A stretch of DNA of 63,637 bases, filler included, from Octopus bimaculoides (taxonomy: Eukaryota), in NCBI RefSeq assembly GCF_001194135.2. It is 7 parts of 6 records of this genome, joined end to end, with 100 filler letters (N's around TTAATTAATTAA, not from the genome) between each part and the next. Parts side by side here need not be neighbours in the genome. Positions count along the whole stretch, not along the records: positions 1 to 22,228 come from NC_069001.1; positions 22,329 to 30,680 come from NC_069008.1; 5 more parts are not named here. One strand, written 5' to 3'. Every line of letters starts with the position of its first letter. The first letter of the stretch is position 1. A program made the translations under genes and the position numbers. This document shows positions 13,340 through 24,000 of the stretch, one piece after another. Below the pieces are notes generated by a model. That model was given only the letters and a program-made list of their open reading frames with translations, ran no database searches and was not told the origin of the DNA.

Positions 13340-13690
13340 CTCCACCAACTTTGTTTCCTCATAACTTTCAGAAAATTGGATATTTTGTAACAAAGTTTTC
13401 TACAAATAAGTGATTAAGGAGAGGAGCTTCAATTAATTTACACGAATCGAATTTGTTTTCTCGTAATTTTCAGGAAAATGGATACTTTTGATAAAATATT
13501 CTACAAATTAGTTATAGATGCTGTAAATAACGACTATATCGGAATGTGTTGTGAAAAAAGTTTCCGAGATGGGGGAGAAGATCGCCGAGTTTGGGAAAAT
13601 TCACACGGATCTGCTTTCTTTCCTCATAACTTAAAGAAAATTGGGTATTTTTTAAATTTTTTTTTAAGAAATATTTTTCGGATAGTGTAG
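13340..13690. mobile_element. Non-autonomous DNA-transposon-like segment with three direct subrepeats
   Basis: tt(c)ctc(a/g)taa..tt.ag(g)aaaa(t)tgg.ta occurs near 13350, 13455 and 13615; an inverted fragment of it lies at 15105-15170. Confidence 0.5.
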
Positions 13691-14147
13691 ATTTTTATGA
13701 TTATAGGAATTTAATGTTGAAAGAAAAAAAAATGTTGACGGGCTCGTGCACATACAGACTGACTCGCAAATATAGGCGCAGGTTTAACTGTGTGTTAAGG
13801 AGACTGAACCCAGGACCAGCCACATGGTTCCTGGTTCGGTTCCACTGCCTTGTCGTCTGCTATAGCCTCAGACTGACCACAGCCTTGCTTGTTCCCCCAC
13901 TGCCGCTTAACAATCGCGTTGGTGTATTTACGCCCCCATAACTTAGCTGTTTGGCAAGAGACCGATAGAACAAGCACCAAGTTTTAAAATATGAACACTG
14001 ACGTCGATTCCATTGAATAAAAATGTTCAAGCTGTTGTCCCAGCACAGCTGTGGTCCTACGTCTGAAATGCGTAAAGAGTAGAAAACATAATTTTAAATT
14101 ATGAAATAACTGTGTCAGAATATTTGTGAGCCTGTCCACCATTTTTG

Positions 14148-14259
14148 GGCGAAGGTAAAGAATACGCACACCCAGTGTTTAGGGTTTAGAGTTAGGGGTT
14201 AAGGTTTAGGGTTAGAGTTACGTCGAAAACGGGTGGTGGGCGTATTCTTTACCTCTGCC
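14148..14259. mobile_element. 112-bp MITE with 25-bp TIRs, perfect 8-bp TSD and TTAGGG-like core (Merlin-like)
   Basis: TIRs ggcgaaggtaaagaatacgcacacc and (reverse complement) ggcagaggtaaagaatacgcccacc match 22/25; CATTTTTG at 14140-14147 and 14260-14267. Confidence 0.85.
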
Positions 14260-14663
14260 CATTTTTGTGTGCCTTCCCTCATTAACGCAAAGCGCGGCGG
14301 GCCACGCTCGTGGCCGTCAGGCACAGGTCGACAAGCCATGATCGTGGCCCAGATAGATGCAATTAATTTATGGGTGTTTGTTGGGGGTCTGGTGTCACTC
14401 AAACGCTCCGATACACCCCATAATGCAAGAGGACTAATAGTTCAACTAATGACTTTTCAGATGATGTAAAACTTGCCACCATTGTATACTAAGAAGATAT
14501 TTTAACCATTTTTCGTTTTTTATGTGTGCATGGTTGTCTCATTTTCATAAAATGTCCTCGGCAGTCCATGCTATGTAAGTGCAAATCCCAGCGCTTTATG
14601 GGTTAAATTCCAATATAAACGTGATCTACCTAAATTGAAAGCTTCATTAAAATAAGTACCCGT

Positions 14664-15100
14664 GCAGGCGTGGCTGTGTGGTAAGAAGTTTGCTTCCCAA
14701 CCACATGGTACTGGGTTCAGTCCCACTGCGTAGCACATTGATCGAGTGTCTTCAACTATAGCCTCGGGACGACCAAAGCCTCCTGAGTAGATTTAATAGA
14801 CGAAAACCGAAAGAAACCTGTCGTGTACATATATATATATATATATATACGACAGGTTTCTTTCGGTTTATATATATATATATATATATACGTGTGTGTT
14901 TGTGTTTGTTCACCACTACCTCTTAAGAACCGGTGTTAGTCTGTTTACATCCATATAACTTATCAGTTCAGCGAAAATGACCGATAGAATAAGTACCTGA
15001 TTTAAAAATAAAGGACTAGAATCGATTCATTTGACTAAAGATCCTTCGAACCAGTGCCCCAGCATGGCCACAGTCTAATGACTGAAACAAGTAAAAACAT
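14664..15100 (+). mobile_element. CORE-like tRNA SINE, full length
   Basis: Same head, core and tail as 22405-22790. Other copies or halves: ~6480-6690, 13775-14075, 16855-16990(-), 18276-18437, 20540-20822(-), 21860-21985, 24950-25160, 31255-31455(-), 37775-37970, 45135-45235, 46188-46500, 61527-61642(-), 62490-62645, 63120-63244(-), 63360-63520(-), 63540-63637. Confidence 0.85.
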
Positions 15101-15954
15101 AAGAGATTGTATTCCGATATAATCGTGATGTACCCAGTTTTCTGGAAGTTATGAGGAAACAAAGTCAGTGGAGGCACACTTGTGTAGGTATGCCAGATAA
15201 TGTATCCCTATTCTTATAAAAAGACGTGATGGTCTTGATGCGATTGTCTTCGATCATATGTTTGTTGTGTGCTGGCAGTCCTTGGGTTAAACAGCTTTTG
15301 TGGATTTCACGCTTAAGAACAAACAAGATGCTCCACATTTGTTTGGCCTTGGTCAACCCTTCACCAGGACACCTAATGATCAGAGACGCTCCAGTCGTGA
15401 CCTCCCACGTAGATTCTGATTAATATCCAAAGTATTTCTTTCTTCTTTTATTTTTAAAGACAAAAAAAATGTCAAGTACAGAAGCGTGATAAAATTAATT
15501 CTTAAGATTAATTACTCCGGACGAATCTCAGGTTGCTCTTTACAAAACTTACCTTTTCTTTCATCAACTTCACACCTTAAACATGTTTATAAATCATTTA
15601 TTGATATTTCAGCATTGAATATTGAATACCTTCCCGTTTTAGATCATATGATCTACTTACAGTGGTTCAGTTATAAGACAATGTTGGCGATGACGATATA
15701 TTAATCCGGCTTTATCCCTTCTATTAATACTACTTACGAGAATTCTATTGTTTAATTAATGGCATTCATTAAGGATTAGTAAAAACTGTGTTATCCAATC
15801 ATATCACACTCTCTTAATTCTGTTATATTTTATTCTCTGTCATGCTCTGTTAATCTATTATATTATAACATATTATATTATATTATATCATATTAAGGTA
15901 TATTATGTGTCGTATCGCCCATACTGTGATCCTGTTATAATTCTATACTCTGTC

Positions 15955-16575
15955 ATGTTATATCAGTGTCATCATTAACATCGTCACCATCTTCATCACC
16001 AGCATCATTATTAACATCATCAATAGCGTTGTCATCGTCATAGTCGTTGTTGTCGTCATCATTTGCGTCATCATTGTCGCCATCGTCATTGCCGTTGTCA
16101 TCATCATCATCATCATCATCGCTGTTGTCATTGTTACCATCGTCGTCGTCGTCGTCGCCGTCGTCACCATCCTCATTGTCGTCGTCGTTGTCATCGTTAT
16201 CGTCATCATCGTCGTCACCATCATCATCGTTGTCATCATTATCATCATCGTCGTCGTCATCATCGTTGTCATCATCATCATCATCGTCGTCGTCGTTGTC
16301 ACCATTGTCGTCATCGTCGTCGTCGTTGTCATCGTCGTCGTCGTTGTCATCGTCGTCATCATTGTTGTCGTCGTCATCATCATCATTATCATCGCCGTCG
16401 TCACCATCATCATCGTTGTCATCATCATCGTCGTCATCGTTGTCATGATCATTGTCATCATCATCATCATCATCATCGTTGTCATCATCATCATCATCGT
16501 CGTCATCATCATCATCGTTGTCATCATCATCATCGTCGTCATCATTGTCATCATCATCATCATCATTATTGCTAT
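15955..16575. repeat. 620-bp cryptic (ATC/GTC/TTG)n trinucleotide repeat
   Basis: Direct reading; gives poly-D, poly-S, poly-M/T and poly-H/R frames. Similar tracts at ~18530-19005 and ~42510-42740. Confidence 0.95.
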
Positions 16576-17597
16576 GTAATGCCCACTTTATCATGCTTGC
16601 ATAGATGTGTCAGACGGAATTTGTTGAGGCAAATTTTCTTCTATGTCCGGATGTTCCTCCTGTCACCAACCCTCACCTGTTTCCAAGCCAGCTAATATTT
16701 CCCCCATGACCAGACAGGATTTTCTATGAAAAACTGGAAATGAACAGCATCACTTGTATGATGATGATGATGATGATGATGCTGTGATGTCACAACAAGA
16801 GTATACACAAACACACACACAAACACACACACACAAACACACACACACACACACACACACATATACGATGGGCTTCTTTTAGTTTCCATCTGCCAATTCC
16901 ACTCACATGGGTTTGGTCGGCCTGAGGCTATAGTAGTAGAAGACACTTGCCCAAGGTGCCATGCAGTGGGACTGAAATGGGAACTCTGGACCCTGAACAT
17001 GCAGCAAGTTGTATGGGGTTACGTGTTACCAGTAGTGCAAGGGAGAGCGTGTGCACACACACACACACATAACATCCGCTACCAGGTCCAGACCTGGTCA
17101 CAATATGTGGAATTTTGTGCCTCAGTGACCTCGAGAACCGTGCCAATAGAGCACAAGCACTTGGTAGAGCCTTCCACGCAGGTCAAGTCAAAGGACAGGG
17201 GTCAGACTAATATGGACCACCTAATGCCAGAAGTACAGAAAGATTTGTGTGAAGCCAAACAATGCTAACCAGTAAAATACTTATGCATTGCTTTAACCCT
17301 GACATTTAACTTTATTCCTTTCTGTTTCATCTCTTAACAATGACAGGAATGGAAAAACAAAAACAAAAAAAAAATACAGAAAAAAACAAAAACGAAAAAA
17401 AAAAAATTAAGTAGTCGCAGTGAAAATCCAAACCAATGGAACCAGGATGAGACATCGGTGAGGGACTCGGCTGTTACTAAGTATTAACTTCTTACTATAT
17501 AAGAGGGGGGAAAATTAGTTTTAGGTCAGTTTTCATAGAGACAGACTCACACACACAATTTTATATATATGCATATATATATACATACATATATATA

Positions 17598-17629
<32 letters not shown>

Positions 17630-18452
17630 CACACACACACATATATATATATATATTATATATATACATGCATCCACACACACAATTTCATATATATATA
17701 TATATATATATATACACTCACAGACATATCTAATTATGGCACACTCAATGGTTTTCAATGCTTTCTCTCTCTCACTTTCTTCTCTCTCTCCCCTTATATA
17801 TCTATATCTATATATATATCTATATATCTATATATGATGATGATGATACATGCATACACACACACACACACACGCATACATACATATATACCCACATATG
17901 CAATATAGCATAGATGAATGCTGACAGAATCACAGACCTCGACCCGTTCGGTGGCCAAATTACATCTCAGTGTCTGCCCTGAACACTGCTGCCAGTTGAT
18001 TCATTTAAAAGCTATACAACAACATCAACAACAACAACAGCCACAACAAACAATAACAGCAACATCTTTGGAAGAGAAACAGGAAAATCTTTGGTTTGTG
18101 TTGTTTATTTGTTGCTTTATATTTTTGGTATAAAATGCTTCATTTTTTTGTTTATTTTCTTCATTATTTTAGATTTGGTTAAAGTGTTTTTTTTTTTTCT
18201 TTAGTAGCTTCTGTGGAATTTATTTATATAGATTTAGTATAATTGCCTTCATAAATTTTCAGGTGTGTATATAGGTGCAGGAGTGGCTGTGTGGTAAGTA
18301 GCTTGCTTACCAACCACATGGTTCTGGGTTCAGTCCCACTGCGTGGCACCTTGGGCAAGTGTCTTCTACTATAGCCTCGGGCCAACCAAAACCTTGTGAG
18401 TGGATTTGGTAGATGGAAACTGATAGAAACCTGCCATCTATCTATCTATCAA

Positions 18453-18513
<61 letters not shown>

Positions 18514-18835
18514 AGATTATGATGGTAGTAGAAATGGTGATTAAAAAAAGACAATGTTGACATAATGATGATGATGGTGGCAAGGACTTTATAGTAACAG
18601 CAATATTGGTGGTGATGACATGATGGTGTTGAAGTGACAACATCATTGCTGATGATGGCGGCGATAATGGCGACAAAGACGACCATGATGAGAACAACAA
18701 CTACGATGATGATGGTGATGATTATGATAAGGATGGTGACAATGACGTCAGTGACAACGACTGATGTTGCTCCTGGTGATGGTGACGACGACGACGACGA
18801 CGATGATGAGGATGATGATGATGATGATGATGAGG

Positions 18836-18868
<33 letters not shown>

Positions 18869-19188
18869 CTAACGACCACAGAACTGATGAAAGTACTGCT
18901 GATACCTAGAACTCTACCGACAACAACAACAATAACAAAAAGTGATGATGACGATGATGATGATGATGACGATGATGATGACGATGATGATGACGATGAT
19001 GATAGCATGGTGTTGAGTGTCAAAGCTAGTGTAAACAATGTCGATAGGAGATTTGTAGTTGTTATGGTCACTTGGCTATTAATTCTTTTCAATCAAGTGG
19101 ACAATAGTTAATCTATTTGCTGACATGTTGGGTGTATATAATAATAAAATTGACTGCTCTGTCACCTAGCTATTAACACAAATACACA

Positions 19189-19219
<31 letters not shown>

Positions 19220-19263
19220 TGTGCATGTTCGCATAGATACATTCATACAAACACACACATATA

Positions 19264-19300
<37 letters not shown>

Positions 19301-19687
19301 GTACATAAATACACATACATCTATACATGCATATACATATATACATACATGCATAAATGCGTACATATACATAGATGTATAGAAATATAGATACATATAA
19401 AACACACATACATGCTTACTCACAAACATGCATACATGTACATAGATACATTCACGCATACATATATGTACATAAACATACATATACATACAGAAACATG
19501 CATTCTTACACATACATATATACACGCATACTTCATCTCACACTCATACATATATATACTTGCACTCACATCAACACACGTATCTGTGTACATATATACA
19601 TACATACATATATGATGATGACTGTCCACTTGTGACTGAAGAAGACCGTTACTGACCTTCAGGAATACTGTGCACTCTCGGACTAAC

Positions 19688-19930
19688 TTATATTTTGCAT
19701 TTGTGGCTCCGTAATCTATATTGGTACCTAATGAGCCCTGCTCTTGACAAGCATACATGGCTGCAAACATTGCAGACCAAGCTTTCCCCATTTATTACGC
19801 TAGCAGCATGCTTAATTTCTTCACGAAGAATGTGTTCTTTCAAAGGTGCCAACCCTATCTTTAACTTACTTCCTCCATTTGTGGTGATGACAGATATTAC
19901 TCTTCCAGTTGGGCTCCTGTATATCACAGG
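19688..19930 (-). pseudogene. Decayed C-terminus of an RTE (BovB-like) ORF with a degenerate C2H2 finger
   Basis: ...GESLVCNVCSHVCLSRAGLIRYQYRLRSH resembles the CxxCxxxCxSxxGLxSHxRxH tail of RTE ORFs. Confidence 0.6.
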
Positions 19931-19971
19931 CCTTAAATGAGGACTTGACGCAGTCCTTAAACATATATATC

Positions 19972-20175
19972 ATCATCATCATTGTTTAACGTCCGCTTTC
20001 CATGCTAGCATGGGTTGGACGATTTGACTGAGGACTGGTGAAACCAGATGGCTACACCAGGCTCCAATCTGATTTGGCAGAGTTTCTACAGCTGGATGCC
20101 CTTCCTAACGCCAACCACTCCGAGAGTGTAGTGGGTGCTTTTACGTGCCACTGGCACGAAGGCCAGTCAGGCGGT
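19972..20175 (-). mobile_element. Young RTE-tail element
   Basis: Near-identical reverse complement of ~150-348. Confidence 0.85.
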
Positions 20176-20219
20176 ATATATAGATACATATATATATACA
20201 TACAGACAGGTTATACTTC

Positions 20220-20500
20220 CCCGGCAAGGATGGTGACTGGTGTCTCAAATCTGTATTGGTGGTCATATGAGGCATGGATTGTGACACTGAAACATCTGAA
20301 GCAGAAGCAAGAGACCAGTAAGTATTTTGCACAAGTCTGTGACCTTGAAATCAGCAACATAATTAAGATAGCTAATGAACTTGAGGAGAGGCATGTAATA
20401 AAAACTGATACAATTCTCTTCTCAAGGAGCAGTGGTAAAAATCTATTAATCAGAAGAAACAAGAAAATTGCAGCAAAACCGCATGGTAGTAATATCAGAG
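20220..20500 (+). pseudogene. Possible decayed RTE RT thumb region
   Basis: YEAWIVTLKHLKQ...NELEER...NLLIRR loosely resembles the RTE pattern YGxExWxLxxxHxxxL...NxEVLER...LLIRR. Confidence 0.3.
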
Positions 20501-20986
20501 GTAGCTTATTCTGTCACCATTTTCTTTTTTTTTTGCCAAACTGCCAAATTATGAGGATGTAAACAAACCAACAGCAGTTGTCAAGTAGTGGTAGAGAACA
20601 AACACAAAGACACACACACACACACACATCTATCCATCCATACACACATATGTGTACATGACAGGCTTCCTCACAGTTTCCAGCTACTAAGTTCATTCAC
20701 AAGGCATCAGTTGACCTGGGACTGTTGTGAAAGGCACTTCCCCAGGGTGCCGCACAGTGGAATTGAAACCAAGACCACATGGACTCAGTGGCAGAACAAG
20801 CTTTTTAACCACACAGCCATATTTGCATCTATATCCATATATGGAAGTTCTTTTACTATTACCTGCCTAAAATTAGTTTACATAACCACTTAATATTATT
20901 TTTTGGCGTTGTTCTATCTTTTCAGCTAATACCAGAATTTCATTCTTCAAAAGGAACAAAAACCAGGATTTCAAGACTTTATAACA

Positions 20987-21052
20987 ATGGCTAGAAGAGA
21001 TTTTGGTTCTTTCCATGCTTCAAACGTACAAGAACTCTTGGAATTACCAGAT
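20987..21052 (+). CDS. First coding exon (MARRDFGSFHASNVQELLELPD) of a putative Egt2/LCD-like class-V PLP C-S lyase
   Basis: Acceptor ttctatcttttcAG ends at 20925 (alternative AG ends at 20935); ATG in acaATGg context at 20987; 22 codons; donor AT|GTGAAT at 21053; joins the next exon in phase 0. Confidence 0.75.
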
Positions 21053-21190
21053 GTGAATATTTTATTTATTTACTTATTTTTATTCTTTTAATTCAATTTT
21101 TTTTTTCATCGTGTGTGCTTCTTTCAAATCATTTACTCTGTGTCCTTATCTTTTATGCTGGTCTCTCCTCTCATAGTCAATAGGAGAAAG

Positions 21191-21436
21191 TGCAGTTCTA
21201 TATTTAAGAGATGAGGAATTATGTACATTATTTACATTTGACGGATATTTGTCCTCATCTTGTTTGTTGTTAACACAACATTTCGGCTGATATACCCTCC
21301 AGCCTTCATCAGGTGTCTTTGGGAAATTTCGAACCAGGGTTCTCATTCCTAAGGTATTTTTTGATGTTATTATTATTATTATTATTATTCAGGTCATCGC
21401 CTGGAATCGAACTCAGAATCTTGGGGTTAGTAGCCC
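21191..21436 (-). mobile_element. tRNA-headed SINE-like element (A-box lost) carrying a hammerhead motif and (ATGTAAATA) tail
   Basis: Reverse complement reads gggctactaaccccaagattctgagttcgattccagg, (AAT)n, cctgatgaaggctggagggtatatcagccgaaatgttgtgtt, atgtaaataatgtacat. Confidence 0.8.
21272..21317 (-). ncRNA. Minimal type-I hammerhead ribozyme motif
   Basis: GACAC-CUGAUGA-A-GGCUG(GAGGGUAUAU)CAGCC-GAAA-U-GUU^GUGUU: 5-bp stem I, 5-bp stem II, near-palindromic loopless stem III. Confidence 0.7.
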
Positions 21437-21439
21437 ACA

Positions 21440-21509
21440 GGCACATGGTGTAACAGTTAAGAGCACAGGCTACTAACCCCAAGATTCCGAGTTCGATTCC
21501 AGGCAGTGA

Positions 21510-21549
<40 letters not shown>

Positions 21550-21610
21550 CATAATAATAATAATAATGATAATAATATAACATCGAAAAATACCTTAGAA
21601 ATGAGAACCA
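21440..21610 (+). mobile_element. Inverted 5' copy of the same element (tRNA-like head, 3'-truncated before the hammerhead)
   Basis: ggcacatggtgtaacagttaagagcacaggctactaaccccaagattccgagttcgattccagg (A-box-like, B-box GAGTTCGATTCC), (AAT)n, ends atgagaacca. Confidence 0.8.
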
Positions 21611-21691
21611 CTCTGACCACCGCTACCACTGCCACCACCACCACCACCACCACTACAGCAACTACTTTCCTTCTTTTCTGTATTCAACCAG

Positions 21692-21802
21692 GAGAAGTAT
21701 GAAGCACCCCACTTCCCAGTAGACCAGCCTTCATTCGAAGAATATAAGAACAACCCACCAGAGTTTGGCAAAGAGATGAGAAAGAAGCATTTTCTCCTGG
21801 AG
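21692..21802 (+). CDS. Second coding exon (EKYEAPHFPVDQPSFEEYKNNPPEFGKEMRKKHFLLE) of the same putative lyase
   Basis: Polypyrimidine acceptor ctttccttcttttctgtattcaacCAG; 111 nt open in phase 0; consensus donor GAG|GTAAGT. FGxEMRxxHFLL resembles the motif just before the xNHG(A/S)FG signature of Egt2/LCD-like enzymes (family recalled from memory). Confidence 0.85.
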
Positions 21803-21986
21803 GTAAGTCTGGAGATATTTCAGTCTGAAACTCAAACCACCCTGGCCTCTAGACAGTAACAGAAGGGACCGATTGGATAAGTACTAGGCTTACAAAGAAT
21901 AAGTCCTGGGGTTGATTTGCTCAATTAAAGGCGGTGTTCCAGCATGGCCACAGTCAAATGACTGAAACAAGTAAAAGAGTAAAAGA

Positions 21987-22228
21987 ATGATCCCCCGATC
22001 CCTTATCTGGTGGTCAATGAGGAAACTTGGGATAGAAGAATGGTTAGTGAGAGCTGTGCGAGCCATGTACAGAGATGCTGCCAGTAAGGTGAGGGTTGGA
22101 AATGAGTACAGCAATGAATTCCGGGTAGAGGTAGGGGTCCACCAAGGTTCCGTCCTCAGCCCCCTATTATTTACCATAGTCCTCCAGGCAATCACAGAGG
22201 AGTTCAAGACAGGTTGCCCCTGGGAGCT
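21987..22228 (+). pseudogene. RTE-clade reverse transcriptase fragment (runs into a gap)
   Basis: IPRSLIWWSMRKLGIEEWLVRAVRAMYRDAASKVRVGNEYSNEFRVEVGVHQGSVLSPLLFTIVLQAITEEFKTGCPWE contains the RT GVxQGSVLSPLLF motif. Confidence 0.9.
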
Positions 22229-22328
22229 NNNNNNNNNNNNNNNNNNNNNNNNNNNNNNNNNNNNNNNNNNNNTTAATTAATTAANNNNNNNNNNNNNNNN
22301 NNNNNNNNNNNNNNNNNNNNNNNNNNNN
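22229..22328. other. Assembly gap padding (N44-TTAATTAATTAA-N44)
   Basis: The same 12-mer sits inside N-runs at 22273, 30725, 37364, 40568, 52374 and 61471. Confidence 0.95.
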
Positions 22329-22404
22329 GATTTTTTCATGATTTCATAAGTTTTAATTATAAAATGTAATTTAATGAAATTAAACTGAAACATGTCAACC
22401 AGGA

Positions 22405-22790
22405 GCAGGAGTGGCTGTGTGGTAAGTAGCTTACTTACCAACCACATGGTTCCGGGTTCAGTCCCACTGCGTGGCAACTTGGGCAAGTGTCTTCTACTAT
22501 AGCCTCGGGCCGACCAAAGCCTTGCGAGTGGATTTGGTAGACGGAAACTGAAAGAAGCCCGTCATATGTATGTGTGTGTATATGTTTGTGTGTCTGTGTT
22601 TGTCCCCCCCGCCGTTGCTTGACAACCGATGCTGCTGTGTTTACGTCCCTGTAACTTAGCAGTTCGGCAAAAGAGACCGATAGAATAAGTACTAGGCTTA
22701 CAAAGAATAAGTCCTGGGGTCGATTTGTTCGACTAAAAGGCGGTGCTCCAGCATGGCCGCAGTCAAATGACTGAAACAAGTAAAAGAGTA
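22405..22790 (+). mobile_element. CORE-like tRNA SINE (OR2-like), young full-length copy
   Basis: gcaggagtggctgtgtggtaag A-box, ggttcagtccc B-box, CORE-like ttgggcaagtgtc, taaaagag tail. Confidence 0.9.
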
Positions 22791-23118
22791 TAATAAAAAT
22801 TTTAGAAAATCATTCGTAAAATCTAAACCAACAAACTATGCAATGAAGAGAAGGCTAAAACGAGTAAGACGAAACTCTCAAAGACAGCTAAATGCCAAAC
22901 TATTGCTCATTGGTTGATGGTTATTGAAAATTAACCAATAAAATGCGACCACCATGCAAATGGCCATGACCCCCTTACACTTTCATTTGCAACCTAGACA
23001 TATATTGTCAGATACACAGTAGACTCAACCGTGACATTCTGTTGTCGGTCACTGTGTGCCTGACAGGATATCTTTGCTACTAAAGATACAATTTTGTAAT
23101 TTCTCTTGTTGTAGGGAA

Positions 23119-23240
23119 TTAGTAAGGCCAGTTGACATTGCCATAGTGGGAGATTATTCTTTCTCCAAAGCGCTGCCGTAGCAACTGCAATCTTTCTCTT
23201 GCAGTATGAGCAGTTGCCCCCATCTTGCTGGAACCATGTG
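23119..23240 (-). pseudogene. Tc1/mariner transposase catalytic fragment
   Basis: TWFQQDG(frameshift)ATAHTARERLQLLRQRFGERIISHYGNVNWPY*. Confidence 0.85.
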
Positions 23241-23250
23241 TGAGGTCTAC

Positions 23251-23440
23251 TTTGAATGGCCCCTCACGTTCCCCAGACTTGACTAACCCTGATTTTTTTC
23301 TTGTAGGAATATCTGAAAGAGTGCTTATGTGCAACTGAAGGAGATCATCAAATGAGAAATCGGAAGTGGAGTATGAAACTCTTGAGAGTGTTATGGTGCA
23401 ATTTTTGGGAAGAACACAAGCGTGTGAAGCCAAAAATGGC
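23251..23440 (+). pseudogene. Tc1/mariner transposase C-terminal fragment
   Basis: With two homopolymer +1 slips reads FEWPSRSPDLTNPDFFL*EYLKE...ETLESVMVQFLGRTQACEAKNGH. Confidence 0.8.
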
Positions 23441-23451
23441 CATAGAAACCC

Positions 23452-23894
23452 TTGCATCAGATCAAGTTGGATGTAGATAGTAGAGAGAAAGCTTTTGAAG
23501 AAACCAGGATGACCCATTCAAAACTGGAAAGAAATTTAAAGAAGAATTCTATGATCAATGAGAAAATGAGTCCTGACCATCTTTTGGGGTCCACAATTTG
23601 TGATAGACCATGCTTTCTTTTGCTGGGTTCAAATCTCATTTGCAGACCCATGAAAAACGAACTCCCGCCAGCTATTCTGCTGATATGTCTGTGCACACTT
23701 TTGAATGCAATGTATGCCAGAAGGTCTGCAAATCTAATGGAGGCCTCAAAAGACATTTTAAGATCCACAAAGATCAAAACTTAACTGCAGCACTTGGTGG
23801 TCCAAATCAGATATGCAATCTATGTGGGTGCCTTTTTAATACAATGCCTGGTTTAAAAAGCCACATCAGACGCCATGATGGACCTAAGGAGTAG
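23452..23894 (+). pseudogene. RTE (BovB-like) ORF C-terminus with three C2H2 zinc fingers (first broken)
   Basis: KAFEETR...; STICDRPC(frameshift)LSFAGFKSHLQTH; CNVCQKVCKSNGGLKRHFKIH; CNLCGCLFNTMPGLKSHIRRH. Confidence 0.75.
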
Positions 23895-24000
23895 GTACAA
23901 GAGGTGGTTAGACTCTGCATAAGGAGTAGACAACACCCATATATGTGTGTGTGGGTGTGAATATATATATATAAGCGCACACACATACACACACACACAC

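Noticed and set aside
15953-16594. 213-aa Asp-rich ORF resembling acidic biomineralisation proteins
   Set aside because: Lies in a trinucleotide repeat where several frames are open; no signal peptide or splice context; similar tracts recur at 18.5-19 kb and 42.5 kb.
20028-20050. CTGAGGA-ctggt-GAAAC on the antisense of young RTE tails (also ~39800)
   Set aside because: No stem II or stem I pairing.
22273-22284. TTAATTAATTAA islands inside N-runs (six sites)
   Set aside because: Scaffolding spacer with stops in all six frames, not biological.
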